64,000 nucleotides of DNA from Entomortierella parvispora E1425 (taxonomy: Eukaryota; Fungi; Mortierellomycota): assembly GCA_020891255.1 (NCBI GenBank), contig BQFW01000013.1:62001-126000 (forward strand), in the 5' to 3' direction. Under the pieces are notes generated by a model that worked only from the letters and a program-made list of their open reading frames with translations, did no database searches and was not told where the DNA came from. A program made the position numbers and the translations under genes. Numbering within the stretch: position 1 is the stretch's first letter; the number at the start of each line of letters is the position of its first letter. Shown here piece after piece: positions 1 to 11,027 of the stretch.

Positions 1-1550
1 GACCTGACGACTGGTCACCATCGAGGGGCGGTTCTCCTTGACGTCCCAGACCTTGACGGATCCATCAGTCGATCCAGTGACAATGCAGCCCTTGACCGTG
101 GTGTTCACGTCCATGGCCGAAACAGCCTTATCGTGAGCATGAAGTCTGAAAACGGGCTGAGCGCCTCCCTGACGACCATCAAAGTACTGAACCATACCGT
201 CGTCCGTTGAAACATAGAAGCAGTTGGCATCATGAGGATCCCAACGCAAGCACTCGACATCAGCCTGCAATCTCCAGGTAGCACGCGCATCTGGTGCTCT
301 AGAATCAAAGACGGCAACAGTCTTGTCGTAGGATCCTGTCACCAAGGCTGTTGATTCGATGGGGTTCCAAGCCAAGGCCTGGACCTTGTCTGTGTGGTGG
401 TGGAAAGAGTGTGCGCATTGCTGGGTGGTCAAATCCCACAGCTTGACAGTGGTATCAGCGGAGGCAGAGGCCAAAATGTTGCGATGCTGTCTGTTCCATG
501 CCAACGACATCACAGCATCAGTATGGTATTCCTTGTTGGCCTTCTACTCGCACAAGGAAAAAAAAACTCGGTGTGAGAAGCATATCATTGCTAATTGGGG
601 GTGCACCGATATTTCAATGTATATCGCTCTTGTTACCTTTGACTTCTTGGCGCCCTTCTTCTTTGTCTTTTCTGGGGCTCCCAAAACGGCGTCTGGGTAC
701 ATGTTGTCGATTGTGTCAAGATCCCAAATCTCAATCTCAGGGTCGAATGTTCCAATGGCGACATAGTTGCCAGGACCATCCATAGCGCTCTTGCGTCCAA
801 CGCGGAAATCAAGCCACTCCAAGCACAAGGGGAAGGCGGGAAGCATAATGTCGTGGTGAACGTACATATTGCCCTCGTTCTCCTCAGATTCGTCGTACAA
901 GTAGATCTCCAAGTGGGAAATGTCGTCCTCAGTCTTGGCGGCGAGCAACAAGGTATCCGTGGGCTGGATCATAATATCCTCAATATCCTCGTCTTCCTCA
1001 TCCTTCAAGGTGATGTATGGATCCTCGCGGTTTGATGTGTAGTATGTGAGTCCCTTCAAGTTGCTGAAAATGCTGGCCTCTGTAAAAAGTTTGATCAAAG
1101 CGAAGTTCAGATTAGTGCCGATCCCATTTCTTTTTTAAGAAAGCAAAAAGCAGTCTTTTGAAGGTTCGCACGAACTGTACCTTGAGCCTCAGGCTTCTCC
1201 TCATCATAGTCATCCAAGTTGTACTCGGCGAGCTCGGGGTTCATTTCCTTGATAGTCTCAACGGCCATTCCGTTGGCACTAGAGGGACAACGAAGTTAAT
1301 ATGTAAGCTGCCATTCTAGTTTTCTCGAATAATGGCACCATCCAAGTCCTAGTTCTATATCAGCCGCACTAGTGGCGTTACACACTTACATGTCCTCGGC
1401 TCTCTGGGCTTCAGCAAGCTCCTCTTTGGCATCGGCGAGATGCTGGGCAGCAAACTCATTGATGCGCTTGAACTCTTTCTCGTCCAAATCGTACTTGTCG
1501 GGTCTGGCCTGAGCAGCACCACGACGAACCCATTGCAATGCTGAAATCAT
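1..1550 (-). CDS. PWP1: Periodic tryptophan protein 1 (WD40 ribosome biogenesis factor); 3' end runs off the window
   Basis: Exons 1550-1390, 1278-1181, 1079-637, 543-<1, GT-AG, phases consistent. N-terminus MISALQWVRRGAA, the motifs LEIYLYDESEENEGNMYVHHDIMLPAFPLCLEW and YVAIGTFDPEIEIWDLD, and WD repeats (HTDAVMSLAWN, HTDKVQALAWNP) match Pwp1. Confidence 0.95.
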
Positions 1551-1976
1551 TGTCGAATGTATATGTGTTTATAACTGTGAATGGGGCGGGAGAAAAGAAG
1601 GGATGAAGGTCGCCCGAGATTCGAATGAGCTGGTGGGTGAAGAGAGAGAGGGCGGGGACTAATGGCGACAAACACGACGATGCGGTGCAGCACAACTACA
1701 AAAAAAAAAAAAAAAGTGTTTTTCGTGACTGCATTTTCCAAGCCACGCTTTGTGCTTGACCCCCCACACGCAGGCACAATCCCGCAGAAATACTGAGCTG
1801 GGACAAAATGAATGGTACAAGTCTTGAATAGTTGATATCTTCAATGAGAACTGTATATTTGTAATGCGTTACGAGACGGTAGGGTGGAGAGGGGGTGGAG
1901 CAGGGAGGGAGTGGGGTAGCCAGAGGAGGTATTAAAGTCGTTTCTCTATTTTAAAACTCTTCGGTTGAATTTTTCT

Positions 1977-3113
1977 TTACAGATCAGGGCGCAACATGAA
2001 GCCTGGTCCGGTTGGTTCGGAGGTCAAGGAGGTCAAACCGCCCTTGGGTTCGCAAGTATGACGTCCAGACTGGGGTCCGGCCTTAATGGGCTTTCCAGCC
2101 TTCAAGGACTCGAGGACCTTGATTGTGGTCTCCGAGGTCAAGTCTTCATAGTAGTCGTCATTCACAGCCAACACGGGGGCGTTCACACAGGCGCCGGCGC
2201 ACTCGACCTCCACGAGCGTGAACTTTCCATCCTTGGTAGTCTCTCCAACCTTGATTCCCAAGTCCTTCTCGATTGTCTTCAAAATCTCTGTTGATCCGCA
2301 AAGCTGGCAAGGGGTGGTGGTGCAGAGCTGGAGGAAATATTTGCCGACGGGTTCACTATGAGAGTCAATGAAGGGGAGGTATCGAGTTAGTCGAAGCGTT
2401 CTTTTGTATGATGTGTATAGATCTAGTGTCGAGTCCAGCGTAGGTCTCCCTCCAGTACAGACGATGGCAATTCATAGTGGAGTTGCTCCTGATTTTCAAT
2501 GACGATATCGAGAGGCACCAAAGATCCGAACAATATCGAGCTTCCGGTGAACCGAAAGCCCTCTAGAAATCCATGTAGATCAAAGGACAGGGGGACGTAC
2601 CGGTTGTACATGGTGTAGAAAGTGGCGACCTCATAGACACGCATAGGGGGGACCTCAACCATCTTGGCGACGGCGTTCATGACGGGCAAGCTGGTCCAGC
2701 CGAGCTGACGCTGGCCAAGGTCCAAAAGAGGCATGATGGCTCCCTTCTTGTACTGGGGAGGGTACTTGGCCATGATCTCCTTTGCACGCTCCATGTTCTC
2801 GGGTGTAAATTCAAACTTGACGTTGGCATTGTTGTCAGAGGTATCGCGGTGCTGTTATAAGACGGGAATGATTGTCCTTTAGTTAGTGTTGATGCAATGG
2901 ATGAAAATGAGAAAGTGATCCAGGTCCATGGACAAGGATGGGGTAGGTGACACCCCCCTCGGACAAATTGTGCCTAGGTCCGAGGTGCGTCCTGATCTCG
3001 CGCCTTACCACAAAGAGCTTGTCGGACAAGGCAACGCGCGATGTGCTGATGGTACGCACGGCGGAGCGAGTGGTGGGGATGGCAGCACGCTGAACAAGGG
3101 ATCTCGCGAACAT
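1977..3113 (-). CDS. NDUFV2: NADH:ubiquinone oxidoreductase 24 kDa subunit (complex I, 2Fe-2S), 244 aa
   Basis: Exons 3113-3009, 2851-2601, 2355-1977. Arg/Ser-rich presequence; [46 protein letters not shown] and [12 protein letters not shown] supply the Fe-S ligands. Confidence 0.97.
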
Positions 3114-3276
3114 TGTCGTAAGTGGTAAAGGGAGGGGAGATGGAGAAATGACTAGATGATGTGCGAAGAATATGATGTCGGCAATGTCGCTCTCTCCGGA
3201 GCTCCGAAGGGAAATCCCAAAAAAAAAAAATTGAAGTGTCACTGAAGAAATAATAATCGCACGTCTTACGACGCCA

Positions 3277-3299
3277 CCAATTTAGCAACAATGGCCAAT
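3277..3299 (+). promoter_or_regulatory. Two CCAAT boxes upstream of NDUFV2 (possible HAP/NF-Y sites)
   Basis: CCAAT at 3277-3281 and 3295-3299, 165-185 bp upstream of the ATG of a respiratory gene. Short motif; function is inferred only. Confidence 0.3.
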
Positions 3300-3429
3300 G
3301 GATGCGATGCGTTCTGCTATCCTTTTCTTTTTTTTATTTTTTATGAAGATGCGGATGCTGCGTGTATGGGGTGTATGGGTTTCTTTTGGAGTGGAGATAA
3401 CATAATAACATAGGGTAAATAGTATCAGT

Positions 3430-6234
3430 CTATGCAGGTGCGGTCTGACCGTTGAATCCAATCGAGTTCAGTGCAATTTCGTACAGTGCCCGGTATTGAT
3501 CCACAGGCCCGCCTGCGCGATCCCATCCCATGGACAGTGCACTGTCCACCAGTCGGTTCAAGAACAGTTCGTGGCTCTGGGGATCCCGTTGCAGCTGCCT
3601 CCATTCCGTAATAGCATCGGCGACAGCTGCTGTCAACTGGAGGTGGGAGTCAGAGGCAAAGGCATCAAAGAGGTAGCTGTTGAACCGATCTTTACGTGGA
3701 GCAATCTGAACTTGCTGGTCCAGGGGAACAAATCGTTGCTCTTCAGCAGCTTCTGCCAACTCTTGCTGCTGCTTCTTGTCATTAGGGTTGGGTCGGTCTA
3801 CCAAAAACTCTGTGAGACCGCCGACGCCAGATGAGATGACGGTTGAACCAAAGAGGAGACCTTCGGCAGCCACCAACCCAAAGCTCTCTGTCAATGATGG
3901 CACGAGTAAGAAATCAGCAGCGGCGCGCCAGTACACACCCCAGTCATCCTGTGTCTTTGCGTCCGAGATCACCTTGACCGTGCCCTTGAAGAGGCGTTCC
4001 AGGTTATCCACAGACTTTACTGGAAAGTTATTGGGCTGGCCCATGATAACAAACTTGCCGCCGCGTTCCTTGATAGCAGAGCTCGCAGTGTTAAAAAACT
4101 CGAGTCCCTTGTTGTACTGGAATCGACCAATGAAGAGAACCAGAGGCTTGTTGAGATCCTGCTCGGTCAAGAACCCCTCGGTATACAAATAGTGCTTTGC
4201 TGCTTCTTTCGCTGACCTAATCGTCAGGTTAGGAGTGCCCGTGCCAGCAGGGGCTTCGTTGCTTGAGATTGTCTTCGCGGAGGCTGAGGGTGGGAACGTG
4301 AGATCATGTTCCTGGAGAGCAGGCATGGTCCATGGGTTCAGCTTTCCAAAATCAACTCCGTTCGTGATACCGACGAATAGATTCTTCTCTGCTTGCTTTA
4401 AAACACCACCGAGGACCAGCTCCTTCAGGTAGAAGTCCAATCGACCCTCGACAATGTCCTTGGCCATGGTCTTTGAGACAAATGTTACAGCATCCGCAAG
4501 ATCGACGCCCATGGCCGAAGTGAACATGCGATGACCGTGACAATAAGTTGAGATGCCATCCATTTGCATAAACATGTCCTCCTCGTCATCTTCAGAGAGG
4601 ACTCGCTTATCCATGAACTTTTGTACGTTCACAATCTCATTCGAATACTGGAGTTCATCCAGATAATCGTGCATCGTGTAGATCAGAGCTGGCGGCTCTT
4701 CACCCATACGGCCCTTGTCGATGGATTGTTGAACATAATGGAGGACCAATGCGTTGGTAGCACCATGGACATGAATCACATCGATCGATCTTGTCACTGT
4801 CGTAGCAAAGAGGGAGATATCGTTGTTGTTGTTTTGGTCCTGAAGGAAAATGGCGACCGCTTTAGAGAAATAGAGATCCTTCCACTCGGCCGGTAGCCCT
4901 TTGGGTGACGAGTAGATGTCCTGAGTACTCTTACTCTGGAAGGCTCTGTCGAAGGGGTAGGCATCCGCAGGGCCAATCAGCCAAACACTCACAGGTGTAA
5001 TTGTTCGCTTGTCCTTCAAGAGGTCGCTTGGTTCATATGGCACAGAAAGTTTGAACCTGTGAATATTGAAGACCATGGACTGGGTGCGTCCACGACTGTC
5101 CTTGATGTCGATCGGAAGACTTTTGTGAAACTTGATGTCGGGATAGCTGTTCAGCATCGAGTAAAAAGGGAGGACGACGTTCACTTTCTGCGTTCTTGCC
5201 TTCTGCTGGGCTTTTGCCAGTGCAGTAACAACCATGCCGAGGCCACCCATCGATGCAGGACCAAACTCTTTGGTGACATGGTACACCTGAATTTGCTTCT
5301 TATATACGGCAGTTGGATCAAGTGCTAGACCTTGATACTCGACCTTGCGAAAGTCGCGTGAGTCTAGTAGGGTTGAGAAGAAGAGACGCTGCGTGAGTGA
5401 AGGATAGTGCGATGCATCGTACTCTGGTTAACAGATCCCATGGGCGTGTCATAAAGATTGCCCCTTGTGTTCAATCCAAGAGGAGACAGGCGCAACAACA
5501 CCAAGGGTCACTCCAGTCTCCTTGGCTTTTGTCTCCTGCGTTGACCTGTGTCCCCAAGTTCAAATTATATTGTTCGTGCCCTTCAGATTTGCTGTGTTCT
5601 TCCTCACTTTGGTGTCCAGTTCCACATGCATTGCATTCTTACCAATTTGAATTTGATCAGGCATGGAGTAGAGGGCTTTGGAGCCAATGAGGAGGATCAG
5701 ACCCTCTATCAATGCAAAGACCAACAATGCTGACGCAGTATAGTTCCACCACTTCCAGCGTTTCCCAGACAGCGACGATGAGTAGAGTCCTGCACCCCCA
5801 CGGGATCGCTTTGAGTACCCGCTATTGCCAACAGTGAATGAGTGATCCAAAGTTGATGATGACGTTGGCGGAAAATAAGAATCGCTCTTGCCACCTAGTC
5901 CGCTGTCGTAAGCAGAGAGACCCAAACCGGAGCCGTTGCCAACTGAACTGTTGTGGCTATGGCCACCACCACTAATGCTGTTACTGTTGCTGTGGCTGCT
6001 CAGGCCAGATGGTGTCGAGACTGCGTTGATGCTTGTGAGGCCAGAGATGGACCCTTGGACTGTCGAAGGCGATCCCGGACGACTGGCAGAGTTGCTGCGA
6101 TTCAGTAGATTGGAGCTTGAGCTGTAGTGGTGTACATGAGAGTGGTGGTTCTCGGATGTGGGAGTGCCACTACCGCTGCCATGACCACCGCCATTGCCGT
6201 TGCCATTGGAGAAAGAAAACGACCGCTGCGACAT
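3430..6234 (-). CDS. GT-B glycosyltransferase, GT5 (starch/bacterial glycogen synthase)-like, with N-terminal Ser-rich tail and one TM helix, ~841 aa
   Basis: Exons 6234-5643 and 5363-3430 (GTAAGA...TAG, phase 1 matches). Motifs: YHVTKEFGPASMGGLG, GITNGVD, LFIGRFQYNKG, PSLTESFGLVAAEG (E-x7-E). TM segment YTASALLVFALIEGLILLIG follows KRWKWW. Confidence 0.8.
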
Positions 6235-7838
6235 TTGTGGCTGCAGTCTTTGATGAATCTACTGGCTTCAGTGAAAAGTTGTCGCTTGACAATGAATGGA
6301 AGCAGAAGTGAGGGAGAGAAGGCTATTCACGAAAGGGATGTATACCAGATTAGATGGATACTGGTGAGGAGTAGCGCATGAATAAAATGGAGAAATGGAG
6401 GGGAGGAAGGGAGAGGATGCGAGGTGCAAAGAGGCGATAAATGAGAGATATGGTCGGGTGGACATGCAACCATGGGTCCATGGGTGAGACAGACTCAAGG
6501 ACTCTCGGGAATCAGTGTTTCATCATGCCATCCTATTCTTATCGCTAAGTGGCATACCTGCTGTGGATATAATCTCACGTTGGAGACAGGGAGATGTGAA
6601 TGTTGCAAGGGGATGGAAGAAGAATGAAGGAGCGGACAGAAAGAGAGATGAAATAACGAATGATGATGGGAGGATGGACTGAAAACGTGATGGTGTGGGA
6701 TCAATGATGACACGCTCGAGGTGTCACTGTGCGACTGTGCGACAATCGGACGGCCAATTATTTTAATTAAGATGGGAAATGAGAGTAAAATTAGTCTAAC
6801 TTTCTAATTGAAGAGTGGCTCAGGTCACATGGACAGTTGGGGCGATGGTCCAGACTTCGTGTTGCAAGTATGGTTGTCAAGCACACCACTCCCGTGTGCG
6901 AGTGCTCATCTTGTCCTCCGAACTCCCCAGGAGAACCGTTGTTCGATCGGGATTCAAGATCCTGGCCAGACCAACCCAGGGACAGGCGAACCTTGATGCA
7001 GGTAAGCATCTGTCCCTCTCTTCCAATCGTGTGGCCATGCCCCCTTCCCTGGCGTGCTGTTTGCTCTCAACCTTTTGTCGACCCTTGTTGTAACTTGTAA
7101 CCCTCAGAGATCCCTCTTTCTGTGGGGGCCAGTGTCTCATCTCCCGGCTCAGCCCTCTTCCCCCTTTGAAGAATGAAAGCCGACGTTCTCGTTCTTTCCT
7201 CTGGCCCTTTTTTTTGCCTCCCCTCGCCCTTCAAACTGGGCTGTCTGCCCTGTATTTATGACGGCTTTGATCAACGAAACTCAGCTTTTTGTTTCTTTCA
7301 CGCAACTTGCTTCCTCAATTTTCATCTTAACCCCACCCCTTCTGTTTTCTTTCTCCAGCCCCTTCGACCTCTCCCTTGCTCGCACTTTCTTGCCCGCTCC
7401 TTCTTGGACATAAGCTCAAATTTTGCGTTCCCATACCTCACAACCCGAGGATCTATTGTTGTCCTCACTTTTTAGTGTCCTCGCTTTGCGGAGCGCACTC
7501 TCTCTTCATTTACTGGTTCTTTTATTCCTCCCAGGTACGAATATATTCACCCTTGAGATCATCTCGAGGCTTTTGCCAAGAATATCAATTGAGGTGCAAT
7601 TGATATCTGGACAGTGTCCTGGGTGCGTCGAGTCATCCACTAACTGAAAACGGCAGTTGTGGTTGGCACACGCCCACAATCCTACAGCCCAGCAAGCCTT
7701 CAAATTACTTTAAAAGACAACCGCGCGTCTGGAGTCGTCGTTTCTCTCTTCTCACAATCGCTGCCATTGCATCCACCTATTTGATTCTTTTGATTGACAG
7801 TATTCATTGTCACAGTCGAACGCACAGAGTAGAAAAAC

Positions 7839-9329
7839 ATGTCCAGGGAAACAACGGACCAATCTGTCCTGACAACAGAGTCTCGAATCCAAATCAATGA
7901 TGATCTCTCCACATCCCTTCCTGTGAGACTCCGACCCACGGCGTCGACTTCTCCGTCAAAGAAATACGCCCAGTTCTGCTGTTGTTGCCCGGTAGTTTCT
8001 GGTGTCTGGATCCTGGCTTTTTTCCTCGCTGTAAGTTGGACAGGGACTAGGCAAGAGACAACAGATCGGACGTGCTCATTGTACGACATGTTCATCCAAT
8101 TCGTCTCTTCCACGTAATAGATTCCTTCGATTGCGCTGGTGTTGTGTTTTAACATTGCAAACCTTCAAGCGTACATCCAGTTCAATGCCCCAGCGCCTGT
8201 GAAGGTTGTGTTCACAGTCATCTATGCTCTCTATGCGCTACTCGGACTGACCGTGGTCATGGTACTGCACAAGATCGCGCCTCATCGACGGTTCAAGTCG
8301 TTGATTGCTTTATACTGGATTCTGATAGCAATGACGTTCTTGGAGGGCATCTATGTTGGGATTATCATTTCAGAGCAGAAATCAAAGTTCGTCAGCTACT
8401 GCAACAACAATCTGCCGCCACCCCCACTCACCGCCAACAACGGAACGATAAGTGCGGTGGAAGTTAGCAAAGAAGCCAAGAAGCCTCCACATCCAGTCAT
8501 ATGTCATAATGGCCAAGCCTTGGTTGGTGTTTTTTACATCCTTGGCCCTGGAGGTTGGATCATGTTGCACATCGGCTGGATCCTGTTTGTAGTCCTTTAC
8601 TCCAAAGCCCTCCGAAAGATGTATCCTGCTGAAAACGACGACGAAGAAAGGTTCGCCCCAAGACCGCAGTCTCGAATTATTCTTGCTTTTCCTCCTGCCT
8701 CTGATCAACAACAGCAGACTCGACCAAGATCGGTATTTCCTCTTGTTGGTTCAAAAGCTTTCCATGGTGGACCCAAAGATAACCATGATAAGGACAAAGA
8801 CTTGGACTTGATGTTTAATACCACTCGACGGTTCTCATCTGGTCTGTCACATACAGGGCCGTTTCGGCAGCCCAATAAGGGCAGTCCGTCACACAACCCA
8901 TCGATCCACATGCACCCGATGAGCTCCATCGATGGCAACGATGCGCTCAGAGGCGCAAACTTTTCTAGCAGACACGAAGTTGAAGGGTCAGACGCAGATG
9001 AGGATCTCTCGGATGAGGATGATGACGCTGATCAAGATCGGCTTTCGGATCTTTCAGCTCCTCAGCGCCATAGACGAGAAGGTGGAGCTCATAGCCCTGA
9101 AGGATCAATGTCCTCCAGAACCGACATACCAGCTGATGGAAAGGGTTGGTGGATTCGACAGATTGAGGGCAAGAGGCGTGGTGAGATCTGCCCTTGCACG
9201 CTTGGCAACTCAGCGCCTTGTTGGTGTGGCAAAGAACGAAGGATCAGCCACGCCATTGGCACATCCGACTCACAAGGATCTTCTTCTTGCACGGCCAATA
9301 TTCTGCCAAAAGCTCGCGACCAACTGTGA
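7839..9329 (+). CDS. Uncharacterised four-pass membrane protein (tetraspanin/LAPTM-like topology) with long disordered C-tail, ~466 aa
   Basis: Exons 7839-8030 and 8121-9329 (GTAAGT...TAG, phase 0). FCCCCP precedes TM1; four hydrophobic segments; two Cys in the loop between TM3 and TM4. Confidence 0.7.
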
Positions 9330-9490
9330 GGGTCAACTTACAATTTTCAATGTATAATACCATAGCAATTTGTAGTATAAAATCGTGTATAACAGCAGTG
9401 TTGCCCTTTTTTTTTATTTCGAAAGGCTCGTTGAGACGACGCAAAGTGTAGGCGCGGATGGAACAGCGCCATAGAGAGGTTTTGAGAGTC

Positions 9491-10289
9491 TTACTTCTTG
9501 GCGACAGCTTTGGCAAGATCCTCCAATCCCTCTTGTCTCTTGTACCGGCTGTCCTCGATCACAGCTGTTGAATACGGAAGGAAAGAATAGTAACAAAAAG
9601 GTGGTCAGAAAACCACAAAGCACTGATTTGGAATGCAGAGACGTGATAACCTACCCAGCTGAGCATCTGAAGAGAAGTCTGCAGTCCACTCGACAAAGGT
9701 CGTGTTGTTAGAGGTGACTCTACGAAGCGAGATGGTGTGGAGAGCCGACATGAACCCGACTGGCGGCTGGGCTTCGATAAAGTCAAAGCTGACAAAGTGG
9801 GCCAAGTCTATTCATCATGATCACAAAACCCAACCAACATCAGTCAAAGGAAGGCAACAGCGCGGTCTCTGCAAGAGGTGCCAGTTGATAAAGCCCTCTC
9901 ATTACCTGACAGCTCGACTACTTTGACCTCCTGAACGGCACCGTCGTTGAAGGAGATCGTGCGAGTGCTACCGACTGGGTTAGCATGTTGAAAAAAGAAG
10001 GTTAGAACAAGCGCACAGCTACGAGCTTTGAGCCATGGGCTACTGGAACGCACCTTCGCCAAGTCCACCCTGAACAGCAACATGCTTCACAGCCTTCCAG
10101 AACTTTAGCTCGACGGTACGAACATGCTTCCAGACAATCTCAATAGGCGCCTGAGTGGAATACGCAAAAGGGTGCAAAGTCAGTTGAAAAGGACAAAGAT
10201 CAATCGTCAAGGCAGACACACACACACAGAGAGAGAGGGTATTGGCTTGCCTCGATGATGCGGGATTCGACAACTCTGGTGACGGACAT
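9491..10289 (-). CDS. Bet v1-like / SRPBCC (polyketide cyclase-like) small protein, ~143 aa
   Basis: Exons 10289-10251, 10150-10054, 9974-9906, 9807-9655, 9564-9491, all phases consistent; intron 1 is GC-AG. Product MSVTRVVESRIIEAPIEIVWKHVR...VGSTRTISFNDG...TFVEWTADFSSDA...YKRQEGLEDL fits the START-like fold. Confidence 0.85.
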
Positions 10290-11027
10290 GATGGGGAAAA
10301 TGTAGATGTGGTGGATGTGGTGAAGAGAAAGATAGTTGAGGAGAAGAGAGTTAAAAAGACGAAGGAGAGAAAGATGCAGTGTGGGAAAGAACGACTGGAG
10401 GAAAAAAAAGAATGACCTGTTTCTCATCCTCTGCAGCCCGTGCGTTTCGTGCCGTGCTTCCTTGGATCGGTGGTGCGTCCGTTCTACAGTACGATGATAA
10501 TGTCGATATATCGATGCGTAGGTGACCGCACCATGACGCGTGCTCGTGGTGTGGAGGGAGGGCGAAAGAGAGGGCGAACGCGCTGTCGATGAAAAAGAAA
10601 ACACCGACGGCTGCAAGGGCAGATCTGATCACATGCCAGTGCCAGCATAGAGCGAGAGGGAGCAACCGCGGCCAGTCTTGGTCATCTGGAGATGAGCATG
10701 CGCGGTCAATTACAGGTCGAAATGTTACCTGTGCCCCTCGTAATTGGCAGTCTGCTCTCTCCCCACATGTCATCTTCCCGCGCAGCCCATGCGATCTGCC
10801 GTCCTTCTCGGTGTTTTTGCATCCTGTCCTCTCCACTCAATGCCTTCTCCTTCTGACCTTCTCCCTTTCTTCTCCACTCATCATTTCCGTCCTCCTCCTC
10901 CTCTTCTCTCTCTCTCTCCTCTCTCTCCTCTCTCCCCCTCGCCGTCTATTCTCATCTCCTTCTTCTCCTTCTCTTCACTCATCTCGGTCATTCCTTCTCT
11001 TTCCTAATTGTTCCTGGATCTCCCATA

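Noticed and set aside
1882-1916. Five G-tracts with G-quadruplex potential between PWP1 and NDUFV2
   Set aside because: Such purine tracts are ubiquitous in this genome's intergenic DNA; nothing distinguishes this one.
5364-5642. Possible separate genes or a middle exon between the TM ORF and the GT ORF
   Set aside because: The middle-exon options I tested hit stops or lacked a matching splice site; a single phase-1 intron joins both ORFs cleanly.
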